A stretch of 64,000 nucleotides of DNA from Camelus dromedarius (taxonomy: Eukaryota). Positions 1 to 12,780 of the stretch are shown here, one piece after another. The notes below the pieces were generated by a model. That model did no database searches, had not been told where the DNA came from, and saw nothing but the letters and a program-made list of their open reading frames with translations. The stretch spans positions 47,618,001 through 47,682,000 of the forward strand of contig NC_087447.1 in NCBI RefSeq assembly GCF_036321535.1, given 5' to 3'. The translations under genes were made by a program, and so were the position numbers. Numbering within the stretch: the first letter of the stretch is position 1; each line of letters starts with the position of its first letter.

Positions 1-968
1 TGACATTACACTGTGATTGCTACACGTATGTTTCTTGTTTGTCTTCAGACAATCTGAGTCTTTGAATAGATGCATTCCTGGCATCCAGCACCATGCCTAA
101 TAGTACATAAATGCCCTCAGTAAAGGTTGGTTAAACAAATACAACCTAATGCCCTGATTCTAAAGTGAGGACCAGGCCACCAGACTATTAGAATGGTGCC
201 TTCAGAAGTGACAAGAGCATAAATATACTGAATTAGAATCAATTTCTAATGAAAGAAGGAAAGTATTTTTTTGTGTGGGGAAGAACAAAAAGAGCAGAGG
301 AGAAAGGAAACTAATTTACTGAGTGCCATGCATTTTAATACAGGTTCTCAAAGCTTACTTTAGGATTGAAATGCCTCTCCCGCTTGTAAAATAAAAGGTC
401 TCCTTCTTTCTGGTTAAGTTCTCACTACAAAATTCATTAAAAATGGATGAATAAGAAAAGAATTGTTTTGAATCTCCAAATTAAGGGATTTTTATAAATT
501 TTATTTTATGAAATTTATTTCTTAAAAAGTATACATTGAAATATGAAGTACATTTATCCTCAAATACATTTACATTGTACATATATTTACTCCTCAAAGA
601 GACCTAGCTATGTCATCCTGGCAAATGTACTGAACTGCCTCTGGGCCTCAGCTTCCTCAGCTGAAAATCAAGACACCTGAAGATGAGATGCAATCTCAGA
701 TTCTTTTCTTTTTTAAATTGAAGTATAGTTGGTTTACAATGTTGTGTTATTTTCTGGTGTACAGCATAGTGATTCAGTTATACAAATACATATATATTCC
801 TTTTCATATTCTCTTTCATTATAGGCTATTAAGATGTTGAATATAGTTTCCTGTGCTATACAGTAGGACCTTTTTTTTTATATAGTAAGTTGTATCTGCT
901 AATCCCAAACTCCCAAGTTATCCCCCCACCTCCCTCTCCCCCACCCCATAACCATAAGTTTGTTTTCT

Positions 969-1109
969 TTTTTTTTTTTTTTTATTGAAGTATAGTCAGT
1001 TTTTAATGTTGTGTCAATTTCTGGTATACAGCATAATGTTTAAGTCATATATATACATATATATATATATTCCTTTTCATATTCTTTTTCATTACAGTTG
1101 TTCTTCTTT
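969..1109 (-). mobile_element. Very short L1 3'-end insertion nested in the 705-2699 L1
   Basis: Second poly(T)+TTTATTGAAGTATAG L1 terminus; 14-bp TSD TAAGTTTGTTTTCT at 955-968 and 1110-1123. Confidence 0.88.
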
Positions 1110-1339
1110 TAAGTTTGTTTTCTATGTCTGTGAGTCTGTTTCTGTTTTGTAAATAAGTACACTGGTATCATATTTTAGATTCCACATGTAAGTGACATCA
1201 TATGGTACTTGTCTCTTTCTGGCTTACTTCACTTAGAATGACAATCTCCAGGTCCATTCATGTTGCTGCAAATGGCATTATCTTATTCTTTTTTATGGCT
1301 GAGTAGTATTCCATTGTATAAAAATACCACAGCTTCTTT

Positions 1340-1427
1340 TTTTAAAAAATACCTTTACTGTGGTATGGTTCCTGTACAGTAAACTACACATATTTCAAAT
1401 GTACAGTTTGATGAATTTTGATTAAAT
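1340..1427 (-). mobile_element. Short retroposed fragment resembling an ancient L1M 3' terminus, nested in the younger L1
   Basis: 16-bp TSD ATACCACAGCTTCTTT at 1324-1339 and 1428-1443; short T tract; sequence resembles old L1MC/MD-type ends. Confidence 0.75.
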
Positions 1428-3437
1428 ATACCACAGCTTCTTTATCCGGTCATCTGTCAACAGCCATTTAGGTTGTTTCCACATCCTAGCTATTGTAAGT
1501 AGTGCTGCTATGACCACTGGGGTGCATGTATCTTTTTGAATTAGAGTTCCCTCCAGATATATGCCCAGGGTGGGATTGCTAAATTGTAGGTAAGTCTACT
1601 TTAGGTTTTTGAGGAATCTCCATATTGTTTTCCAGAATGGCTGCACCAAACTACATCTCCACCAACAGTGTGGGAGGATTCCCTTTTCTCCACACCCTCG
1701 TCAGCACTTATCATTTCTGGACTTTTTAATGCTGGCTATTTTGACTGGTATGAGGTGATACTTCATTGTAGTTTTGATTTGCATTTCTTTGATAATTAGT
1801 GATAGTGAGCATTTTTTCATATGCCCATTGGCCGTTTGCATGTCTTTTTTGAAAAAATGTTTGTTTAGGCCTTCTGCCCATTTTTTGATTGGGTTGTTTG
1901 TTTTCTTGTTATTGAGTTGTATGAAGTGTTTGTATACTCTGGAAATTAAGTCCTTGTCAGTCCCATCATTTGAAAATATTTTCTCCCATTTCACATCTAA
2001 CTAATAATGGGTGTAGGTTATCTTTTTGTTTTGTTTATAGTTTCCTTTGCTGTGCAAAAGCTTATAAATTTAATTAGGTCCCATTTGTTTATTTTTGCTT
2101 TTATTTTTATTGCCTAGGTAGACTGCTCTAGGAGAACATTAGTAAGATTTATGTCAGAGAATGTTTTGCTTATTTTTTCTTCTAGGAGGTTTACAGTGTC
2201 TTGTCTTATATTTAAGTCTTTAAGCCATTTTGAGTTTATTTCTGTGTATGGTGTGTGGCTGTGTTCTTACTTCACTGATTTACATGTGGCTGTCTGGCTT
2301 TCCCAACACCACTTGCTGAAGAGGCTGTCTTTTCTTCATTGTATATTCTTATCTCCTTTGTTGAAGATTAATTGACTGAAGTCTGTGGGTTTATTTCTGG
2401 GCTTTCTATTCTGTTCCATTGATCCATATGTCTGTTTTTGTGCCAGTACCATGCTGTTTTGATTACTGTAGCTCTGTAGAATTGTCTGACGTCTGGGAGG
2501 GTTATTCCTCCAGCTTTGTTCTTTTTCTTCAGTATTGCTTTGGCAATTCTGAGTCTTTTGTGATTCCATATAAATTTTAGGATTATTTGCTCTAGTCCTG
2601 TGAAAAATATCCTAGGTAATTTGACAGGAATCGCATTAAATCTGTAGATTGCTTTGGGTAGTATGGCCATTATACAATATTAATTCTTCCAATCCAAGAA
2701 ATCTCAGATTCTAGTGCTGCAATTAATTTTATGAGAACAAACAGGCTCATGCATTGGCTGTAAGCACTGGGAATACTGTGTTCTCTTGATGAGAGATCCA
2801 GAAATTATGCTATTCTACTGCTACTGCTTTGAGCTCCAGATTTCTTTTAAAGCATCATCCAAGAGCCTAGCCTAACCCAAGAGCAGAAGAGACTCTGTAA
2901 AAATTATAAAAATATTGTTAAAGCATAATTTTAATTTAAATTCATGGCATAATTTCAGGAGGTACTGCAGATGAACAACATAAAAGAATATTTGATGGGA
3001 GGTGCAGGATGTCAAATTTCTGAGATGGTTAGGGAGTATAGATAATGCAAATATTAGATAGATGTGAAATAAAGCTGAATGAGAAAAAAAAGTTTAAATT
3101 CAATTCTGTATATTATAAATCCCCTTCTATAAAGTTGTGTATCCACATCCATGTATGTACGTAATTGCAGAGAGATAGATGTTCAGAAGGATACTGACCA
3201 AAATGTTACCAGTGGTTACACCTCTGAATAGTGAGGGTTCAAGTGAAAACAGTTTTTAATGCTTTTTTATAATTAGAAAACTATAAAACTGTATTAATTT
3301 GGGGGGGAAAGTTACCATTTATTGAATATTTAAGCTCTGTGCTAACTGCTTTACATACGTTTAGTTCTCAAAACAATACTACTAGAGACTATTCTCACTT
3401 TATAGGTATGGAAATGTAGGCTCAAAAAAGGTATGTG

Positions 3438-3670
3438 ATCAGGTTGCTGACCCTACCTGGGGAAGGAGATGGTGGGGGGTGGTACCAGGGGGAGGAGAAA
3501 AGTTAGAAGGAAAAGGAAAAAGGAGACTGAATGGAGAGAAAATATGATTCTGTTTATGTAAAATTATATGAAAAGAGAGATTTATGCCTATAGACAGATA
3601 GGGATGGCTCTGGAATACTGAAAGAAAAGTTGCAAGGTAATGTGTCCAAACTAAAAAAAAAAAAAAAAAA
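3438..3670 (+). mobile_element. Orphan retroposed insertion with poly(A) tail, inside a MIR-like relic
   Basis: Pure A24 (3653-3676); 14-bp TSD AAAAAAGGTATGTG at 3424-3437 and 3671-3684. Confidence 0.85.
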
Positions 3671-4658
3671 AAAAAAGGTATGTGCCTTTATTAGGCCACT
3701 TAGTCATTAAGTGCTGGATCTAGAGCTTGTCTTGAGATCTCATGAGATTCCTTGCTATCTTTATACAACTGTAGTGTTTTATTAATTCTTCTATTTATCT
3801 AATGCTAATATAACACAGCTAGAGACAGTAATATTGAAAAAGATAGTTAAAATACAAATTTCTTTTCAATGAAATTTTGGCTAGTCTTTTATTTAGAGGT
3901 GGGACATCTTTTGATTTAATTTTATTTTTAGAAAAACAAAAGCCAAACTGTTTCAAAAGAGTTTAAGAAGACTTTCAGGCCTAGCAATGTTGTTGTTAAA
4001 AATTACCAATTTTTAGAATGTAATATTAAAATTAGTATGTTCACAATTTATAAAGTTAGTAAATAACTTCAAAGAACTAGACTATAAAATTAACATTCGA
4101 ATATTCTTGAATTAGTCTTTAAGTCATCTTAACCATTTTGTCCTCAGATACCCTCTCAAGATATCATTTCAGTTCATTTTGAGGTTAACATAAGGGAGGG
4201 GATAGAAGGCTCAGACAGGTATCTGAGCCTGAGCATAGAAGGACAACATAATAACAACAAGAAACATAACAATTATTTTTCACATCTGTAACCAAAATAT
4301 AACCATTTGAAAGAGAAAAAGATGGTCATGTATGATGAATAAAAACCACTAACATAGTAGAATACAAGCATTCCAACCCAATTTCAAGAAAAGATAATGT
4401 TAGGGTTGTCATGCCAATATCATATGCCAGGAACAATCTTATTAACTCTCATTCAAGGAATTTGTATTAGTATTTCTCAGTTTATTGAGAGATAAGAAAT
4501 GTATTAAGTATTTGATCCAACTTATTCTTTATGAAATTAAACACTATACTGTTAATTATTTCAATAAAGTCAATTATTATGTTTTCAAAAGAATCTCTTC
4601 AAGTAAAAAAACATCTGGATCTTTGTAGGCTACTATTTTGTTAGCACTCATGTTTATA

Positions 4659-5008
4659 CAGGTTCACAGTACTGTAATTGTGCAATCCAGAATACTCTGA
4701 AAATCACAGGTCTTTTTGGTTTATTTATTTATTTTTTGGCTTATTTATTATTTGGAACAAAAACTCATTTGTGCCAAAATTTGACTTGAACTAAAGAGAG
4801 GTTATTTATAGTTTTCATTTATTTCACTTGAAATGCATATTCAAATGTTTTATTGCAAAAATACTGTGTTTGATCACAGAGTACTTCCATACACCCTGCT
4901 CAGGGTATTACAACATATGGTATATGGATCATCTTTCTAAAACCTGAGAAAATTTGAATTTTTGAGACACATCTGGCTAAAAGCTTTTGATAAGAAACTA
5001 TGGAACTT
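4659..5008. mobile_element. TcMar-Tigger non-autonomous DNA transposon (MER46C-like)
   Basis: TA-flanked degenerate termini CAGGTTCACA... / ...ACACATCTGGCTAAAAGCTTTTGATAAGAAACTATGGAACTT resembling the recalled consensus. Confidence 0.55.
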
Positions 5009-6975
5009 TAATTCACATATTTTAAATTTATCACACACCTTGGAGAGAAGTGAAGCAATGTTTCTTAGAGACATAATTTAACTTATTCTGGCTATGGTTG
5101 GACAGCAGCACTTTTACTTAGAAGTGGCAACTCATCTGGATAACTGGGTTAAGTGTGCCTCATCTCTTGAGGGGAGTAAACTGGAACACAATTAATGTGA
5201 CTTGAGCTTTTGGGCATTTATGGAAAATTGTGGACTACTGAAGAAGAGGATATATACATTTCAGTAAGGCTTGGGTGAGCTGCTGATGAGAACTCTGAAA
5301 ATGGAGCACACTTGTCTTGTCTCGGCTTAGAATACCAAAGGTAAATCTAAGAGAAAAATATGTTCCTGAGTAATGACATGAAAACAAAACAAGAAACTCC
5401 AAAAAAAAAAAAAAAACCACCTTGTGTCTGGTACTCTCCAGATATATCTAGAGACATGACTACAGAATAGCTGCATGAGGAATACACCTTTATTTTGGTA
5501 GCGCTTACAAAGACTTTGCTTTAAGAGCCACAATCACAAGGTTAATTAATCTCCAGGCTCCTTGTATGTCAATACATTACTAAGACATTGATGGGAAACT
5601 CTGGATTCCTCTGGATGGCTAGAAAAGGCACCGGGTTGGGAGAAAAATCTATTATATAGATGGTAGGTTTTCTATAAAAAGTAAGACTTTTTTGAAAGGC
5701 TGAAGAACTTAGGACAGCCCCCTTTGAATACCTGACTGTAGGTACTACCGATTCTAGAAAGTGACACTCATGTCCGTAATCAGAACCTTTCATTTTTGGG
5801 ATACTGTGGCCATTATATGTGTAGAAGGATGGTACCCATTTATCCATCAGGAGGATTTCTCAAAAATTCTCTATCAAAATGCTTTCATGCTAATAAGCCA
5901 ATGCTATATGCAATACAAGGTTCCCATCAGCAGAAAGAACCACTCATAGTAATGAGAATTTTCAGGTAAATTCTCAGTATGAAATATTGACACCATATAG
6001 TCTTTTACAGACAAAGAGTATTTTTGCTAAACACTTATTTTTAATAAATGCATAAACTGCCCCACTTAAGTGAAACTTTAATGTGCAAAATCCTAATTAC
6101 AGCAAGTGGTCATAACTGTTAATCCATAGACAGTAGAATTAAATATCAAAACTAGTGGTTCAAACAACAGGAAAAGAATATATATTGGAAATCTAATGTT
6201 AGCTTCAAAAAAACAAAAATTATCTGTGAGTATCTTACTATTTGCAATTCAGAGAAGGTAAAGAGGAAAGGGTTTTCTCATCCCCACCAGGAAATCTGGG
6301 GGAAACATTTCTTTACGTTTTTCCTGCCTGTACAGATCATACTTATCTAAGTTTTGTAGACATGCATGTTTCTCATATTATTTCTCATCCCAGGTTGACC
6401 TTGTCCTTTTTCATAGGATGTGAGGAAATGCTCCCTAAGGGCACACATCACTAGTTTGGTAATGGAAGGGAGACACACTGAGATGTATGTAGGGCAGAGA
6501 GGTGCTCAGCAGTGCAAGTCATGTACTTACATAAGAGGACTAAGAATGGACACTGGTAGCTGTTGGCTACTCTTTATTCCACACAGATTGCCTTTTAAGC
6601 TTAAAAAACTGAGAGGTTGGTGAGCTCTGCCTTGTGGAATAAAATAGGAGAACAGAAGTCTCAAGGGACTTTCCATGATCAATTAAGTAAGAGATTTAAG
6701 AGCTGAGGACCATGACTGCAAAAGTCTTATAATATTTCAAAATCTTGGTATTGTCTTCCATATTTGGTATTTTAGTATCTCCCTGTAGTAATTAGCGGCA
6801 CAACCTTAAAAAATAAAATATACTCGTCTTGTGGATAGAAAAAAAAGTCCATCCACATTTATTCTGTATCTACTATGTGCCATGCATTGAGTCAAACAAT
6901 TAAGTATCTCATTTCATTTTCAAACCCAATAAGGGAGTCATTTTACACATGAGGAAGCTGAATCAAAGAGGTTAA

Positions 6976-7006
6976 ATATACATATATTATTAAATATATA
7001 TATATT

Positions 7007-7062
<56 letters not shown>
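6976..7062. repeat. Compound microsatellite: imperfect (TA)n followed by (TG)23, within a MIR
   Basis: Directly visible; perfect TG run 7017-7062. Confidence 0.97.
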
Positions 7063-7065
<3 letters not shown>

Positions 7066-8135
7066 ATAAATAAACACAGGTAGCACATAGCACAGCCAGG
7101 ATTTGGCTCCAAAGCGCATGATTTCTCACTGTACAACACCTGTATGAATCTAATACAAGTAGGACCCATGTGACAGCTGAATGACCCTTCAATATAGAGA
7201 TCCTGATAAATGTACTCGTCAATTCTCCCTCATAGAATATAATTTTCTTGTGGGTAGGAATTTTAGGGTACCTTCCATATCCTTCTCAGAATAATCATGC
7301 ATTAAAAACTTTCATTTCGGTTAAAAAAAAAAGTGATCTTTACTCTTTCTAGAAAGGATTTTTGACTTTCTGGTATCATCTAAGAAATGGTATTTGAAGA
7401 TACTCTAAAGATAGGATATGTTAGAAACCAGTAACTCTATATGGAAATAGAGACAAAGAAATGTTTCAGTATTAACCGTGAGACAGCTACTAAGTTATTA
7501 TATCAGACAAAACTTCCCATTGATCACTGTCATTTGTAATCATCTTATGGTTAATACTAAAATAAATAAATAAACCTAATTAGTGTTACCCACCAAAAAA
7601 AAAAAATTTTTTTTTAAAACATTAAGACAGTATATGAAAATCTTTAGAAGAAAGTAATTCACATTTAATCACGGTAGTAACTTTAAAAGTTCTGTGGCTT
7701 CTCTAAATACATCTTATGAAAATCTAGATAAAATATTTATTGAATACCCTTCTCTATATAAGGCAAGGACATATGCAAATTATATACAATAAATATCTAC
7801 TGAGTAAATTAAAAATGAATGTGTTACTGTAAGTAATTCCAAGTTCCTAATACAAATGATAAAATTCAAAATAAAATTAAGGAACAACACTGTCCTGCAG
7901 GGGGAACCCACTGGCAATTATCATATGACTTTCCCACTTGAAAACATTCCATAGTTCCTCATATACTACCATATGTAAAAGTCAAACACAAAATCTGGTT
8001 GCAACTTAAATTTATGGGGTTGTTCCACTCCCTCACTATCCCAAGACTACTTGCTATTTCAAATACAGATAATATACTTTCAAGCTTTTCTGGCTTCAAC
8101 ACTTATTAGCTGAGTGGTTTTTTTCCCAACATTTT

Positions 8136-8274
8136 ATTTATTTTTATTTTTTGGGGGGGTGAGGCAATTAGGTTTATTTTTATTTATTTACTTTAACAGC
8201 GGTACTGGGGATTGAACTCAGACCTCATGCATGCTAGGCATGCACTCTACCACTAAGCTATACATTCTCCCCCC
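8136..8274 (-). mobile_element. tRNA-derived SINE (camelid Vic-1-like)
   Basis: Minus strand reads TAGCTTAGTGGTAGAG (A box) ... GAGTTCAATCCCC (B box), then an AAATAAACCTAATT-C-rich-A tail. Confidence 0.88.
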
Positions 8275-8276
8275 AC

Positions 8277-9017
8277 TTTTTTTTTAACATTTTTAATTGA
8301 ATTATTGTCAACTTACAATGTTGTGTTAGTTTCTGGTGTACAGTACAGTGATTCATATATACATATTCTTTTAAATATTCTTTTCCATTATGGTTTATTA
8401 CAGGAAACTGAATATAGTTCCCTGTGCTATACAGTAGGACCTTGTCATTTATCTATTTTTACATATAGTAGTTTGTATCTGCTAATCCCAAACTCCTAAT
8501 TTATCCTTCTCCTACCTGCTTTCCCCTTTGGGAACCATAAGTTTGTTTCCTATGTCTATGAGACCCTTTCTGTTTTTGTAAATAAGTTCATTTGTGTCAT
8601 TTTTTTAGATTCCACATATAAATGATATCATATGATATCTGGCTTTCTCTGTCTGACTTACTTCACTTAATATGATAATCTCTAGGTCCATCCATGTTGC
8701 TGCAAATAGCTTTATTTCATTCCTTTTTATGGCTGAGTAGTATTCCATTGTGTATATATACCACATCCTTATCCATTCATCTGTCGATTGACATTTAAGT
8801 TGCCTTGGCTGTTGTAGTGCTATGAATACTGGAGTGCATGTACCTTTTCGAATTAGAATTTTCTCCAGATATATGCCCAGGAGTGGGATTGCTGGATCAT
8901 ATGGTAAGCCTATTCTTAGTTTTTTAAGAAATCCCCGTACTGTTTTCCATAGTAACTGCACCAAATTACATTCCCACCAACAGTGTAGAAGTGTTCACTT
9001 TTCTGCACACCTTCTCC
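8277..9017 (-). mobile_element. 5'-truncated LINE-1 3' end inserted in a MIR
   Basis: ORF2 C-terminal translation 8605..8964; 12-bp TSD ATTAGCTGAGTG at 8105-8116 and 9018-9029 brackets the L1 plus the SINE. Confidence 0.92.
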
Positions 9018-9200
9018 ATTAGCTGAGTGATCTTGAGCAAATTTCTTAACCATAGCTTCCTCAACTATAAAGTGAGGATTAAAAATAGCACCTACAATAT
9101 ACAGTTGTTGAGAGGATTAAACGAGTTAATATAGGTAATGTAATTACAAAAATGTCTAGCATGAAATAAATGTTCAATGAATGCCATCTATTACTTTTAT
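9018..9200 (+). mobile_element. MIR SINE (continuation of the element interrupted at 8116)
   Basis: MIR core-like TTCCTCAACTATAAAGTGAGGAT...GTTGTTGAGAGGATTAAACGAG. Confidence 0.75.
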
Positions 9201-9295
9201 TATTTTCAATTAATTTTTTCACTTCCTGGCATGTTGTTTTTCAATCACTGCAGAGTAAATTTCAATTTATCTTCAAGATTTAATCCATACTAGGA

Positions 9296-10290
9296 AGACA
9301 AACAATCCAATTAAAAAAAGACAAAATGTTTGAATAGACATTTTACCAAAGTAAATATATGAATCACTAATAAGCTCATTAAAAGATACTCAACATCATT
9401 AGTCATTAGGTTAATGTAAATCGAAGTCACAATAAGATAGTATTTCATAGCCATTAGGATGGCTATAATCAAAGAGACAGACAATAACAAATGGTAGCAA
9501 AGTTGTGGAGAAACAAGAACCCATATACATGGTGGCAGAAATATAAAATGGTGCAGCCAATCTGGAAAAAAATTTGGCAATTTCTTAAAAAGTTAAACAT
9601 AAGTTTACCATATGACCCAGCAACTCAAGAGTAATGAAAACATAGTCATACAAAGACTTGCACACAAATGTTAACAGCAGCATTATTCATAACAGAAAAA
9701 AGTAGATAACAACTGAAATGTCCATCAACTGGTGAACAGATAAACAGAATGTGGTATAGTCACACAGTGGAATACTATTCAGCAACAAAAAGGGACAAAC
9801 TATGGATACATTCTACAATATAGATGAACTTCAAAAACATGCTAAGTAAAAGAAGCAAGACATAAGAGATCACATATTGTATAACTGATTCAGTTTATAT
9901 GAAATGTTTAGAAAAGGCAAATCTATAGAGAAAGAAAATAGATTAGGGTTGCCTGGGGGTAAGGGATGGGAATAGGGATTAATGGTAAATGGTCATAAGG
10001 GATCTTACTGGGGTCATGAAAATGTTTTAAAACTTACTTACTTATTTATTTTTTTTACAAGGTTTGTTTACTTATTTATTTTTAATGGCAGTGCTGGGGA
10101 TTGAACCAAGGACCTCATGCATGCTAGGCATGCACTCTGCCACTGAGCTATACCCTCCCCCCTCTAAAACTTATTTATGATAATGGTTTCACAATTTGGT
10201 AAATTTACTAAAAATCAGTGAATAATATGCTTGAAATGGGTAAATTATATGATATGTCAATATGCCTTTTAACAAAATTGTTAAAAATTA
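9296..10290 (+). mobile_element. Old L1M (L1MB-like) ORF2 end + 3'UTR, interrupted by a SINE
   Basis: Degenerate ORF2 C-terminal motifs (CCATATGACCCAGCAA, GGAATACTATTCAGCAA) and a 3'UTR. Confidence 0.85.
10041..10162 (-). mobile_element. tRNA-derived SINE (Vic-1-like)
   Basis: A/B boxes as in the other copies; near-perfect TSD TAAAACTTA(C/T)TTA at 10028-10040 and 10165-10177. Confidence 0.9.
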
Positions 10291-12684
10291 TACTACATCA
10301 GGATGCATTAATTGTACCCATCAATGGACACCATTAACAGCACTCTATCATATACAGCCCTTGCTTCATTATATTTTCCTTATTTGTGTACATGTCAGTG
10401 GGCTCATCTAGCCCAGTGCCTATAGCTTAACAGGTAGTAGCTATCCTCAGCACCTATCTGAATGACTGGTACTCAGACAGATACAGTAGGGGCTCAATAT
10501 ATGTTGAATTTAAACGTGCTTCAAAATAGGATAGGATCAATAGCAATTCAGAAATACAACATAAGACAGTGACAATTAGTCTTTCCTACATGTCCCACAT
10601 TCACCTGGCAGGAAGGGTGAGTTAATGGGCACTGACTGGTGCTCTCCACTCCATGACTGGCTTAGTGCTATCAATGCCAAGAGGAAACCAGAGAAATAAG
10701 TAAATAATGGCTCCATTCTCATATGAAAGAACAGTACTACACTACACTGAATAAAAATAATTATTTGGGATTTTATTCTTTGTGGGCAGTAAGAATACTT
10801 AGTTTACAACAATACAAAAATTACATACAAAAATATTTTACAGGTAAAACATTTTCAAAATGATTATTCTAAAGACTTTCAATGGTTGACAATCTAGAAT
10901 GATTTTTATGAACATGTGGGCATTTATCTTTTTCCATCATGAAAAAAGTAATTGTTCCCCAAGGGCTGAATATTTCTTCCCAGAAAACAGAGTAGCATGT
11001 GGAGAGAACATTAAATTGCAATCAGGATGTTAATGTGTCATTAATTCACTGTATGACTCTGGACAAGTCTCTTTTCCTTTCTAGGCTTCAGTTTCTCCTT
11101 TAATAAAGGCAAGATTAGCTCTAAGGTTATTTCCAGCATTCCTGTTGAGGAAAACTAATGTGCTTTAGACAAGATGAAAAATGAGCAGCTCAATCTTTTC
11201 ACTATAAAAACAGGAAAAGAAATCCCTAAATTTTAAGGGAAAACGGAAAGCTCCAGTTTATGTATTCAGCAGCCCCTTACACATATATTTGTAATTTTCA
11301 TCCCAATACCACCCTTCATTAACATGCAAGCCCACACACACCATCCCTCCCACCCTTGCCCCACACCCCCATATACCTCAGCTATGGTCATTCTCAGAGC
11401 ACTGACAGGGGAGAGCTCAATATCCACCAGTTGGGCAGCTTTTAAACTCTGCCCAGTAAAGATTGCACAAGGACAGAAAACAGCATAGAGTTAGAATTTT
11501 AAGGCAAACCGGGACACACAGCTAAGAACATTTAGCACAGTGTCTAGAAACAAAGGTTTAGGGTTGTCACTGGGCTTTGGACGAGTGAGATGAGAGTCAC
11601 TGTTATTCTGATTTTTCTGAGGAAAATGGGCAAAGATAAAACAATCTCAAATTAGTCACAACTTTTAGTCAAGTTTGGCAAACTTGCCTATACCCTGTCT
11701 TCAGGATAATGTCACTGAATCACTAAGCAAAAGCTGATGGATAAAAAAAAAAGGCACTACTATACAATAAAGGGCAAGAGTTAATAATTTAGAGAGAAAT
11801 GCTGATTTCCTACTTTTCTTTATATAGCCACTAATAGGGCTACTTAAATTTAGTAGGAAAAGTAATGAAGGTAAGGTTTCTATTAAACTGATACCATTAA
11901 ACTCTGATATCATAAACTCCCCTGGTTTTGATTCTAGGTTTACCAACAGACTTTACCAATATAACTTGACTTCCCTCTTAGCTTGACTACATTGAGAGAA
12001 TGTATATGCCAACATGTGCTTTCTCACCTTGCAGAAGTTAAATATCTTTTTTTATGTTATCAAATTAGCATTTCAGTTCTATTTTTTTTAAATTAAAAAA
12101 TGGCAATCATTTTTCATAGAGTAAACTCAAGGATAAAAATGTATGATGTCTGCTTTTAAAAAATTGCCAATTTGGCATTTGTGTCAATACTTTAACATTC
12201 TAAGAAATGTGAAAGGAATTATAAAGGGCCTGTAATTTTTTTAATAAAAATCAATAAAAGTATTTGCATGCACATATTCATTATTCTATTTATTAATCCT
12301 ATTCTGGTTAAAATTTAACCACTAGTTTCTTTGGAAGGGTATACACGTGAATAATTTCATGGATAGAAAGCATAATTTATATCTGAACTGAAAAATATTT
12401 ATTAAGTATAGTTTCTTCTTACCTCTGTTCAGTTTTCAGATTTCTATTAACTTGTTTTATAATTTAACCATATTAAGCAGAAAGTTGTTAGCATAGAGGT
12501 ATTGGGTGTGTTAGTCATATTTTAGAAAGGAGAAATGTCACAGTTTCTCTGCATCCTCACAGTTTTGTTGTAAAACTATTGAGACATACTAAGTTTTTTC
12601 TGTCTCTCTATTCCAAGGATAATAGTTACTTAAGCACAAACATAGCTTAAAAACAAGTGAAATGAAAATCTGGAATTTCCTTAC

Positions 12685-12780
12685 AGTATCACTGTCACAA
12701 GGCTGGAACTGGAAGGGCTGGGGTTTGTGAAATACAGCATTTTCTTGTAAAAACAGCTGAAGATTATAGTCTCGTACCAC
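12685..12780 (-). CDS. FCHSD2: FCHSD2 internal coding exon (~exon 10): VVRDYNLQLFLQENAVFHKPQPFQFQPCDSDT
   Basis: Lies inside ORF 12589..12780. Acceptor ttctctttag|GTG, donor ACT|gtaagg; 96 nt. Confidence 0.96.

Larger units (their letters stand above)
705..2699 (-). mobile_element. 5'-truncated LINE-1 (ORF2 C-terminus + 3'UTR), carrying two nested insertions
   Basis: ORF2-like translations (2368..2670, 1701..1994); T-rich tail on +; 13-bp TSD AATCTCAGATTCT at 692-704 and 2700-2712. Confidence 0.93.

Noticed and set aside
4207..4230. 9-bp-stem hairpin AGGCTCAGA/TCTGAGCCT as a structured RNA
   Set aside because: Too short for a pre-miRNA, no snoRNA boxes, and plausible by chance.
1..12684. 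Next FCHSD2 exon (recalled SRQLESETG...)
   Set aside because: Not found by reading; presumed to lie beyond the left edge of the window.
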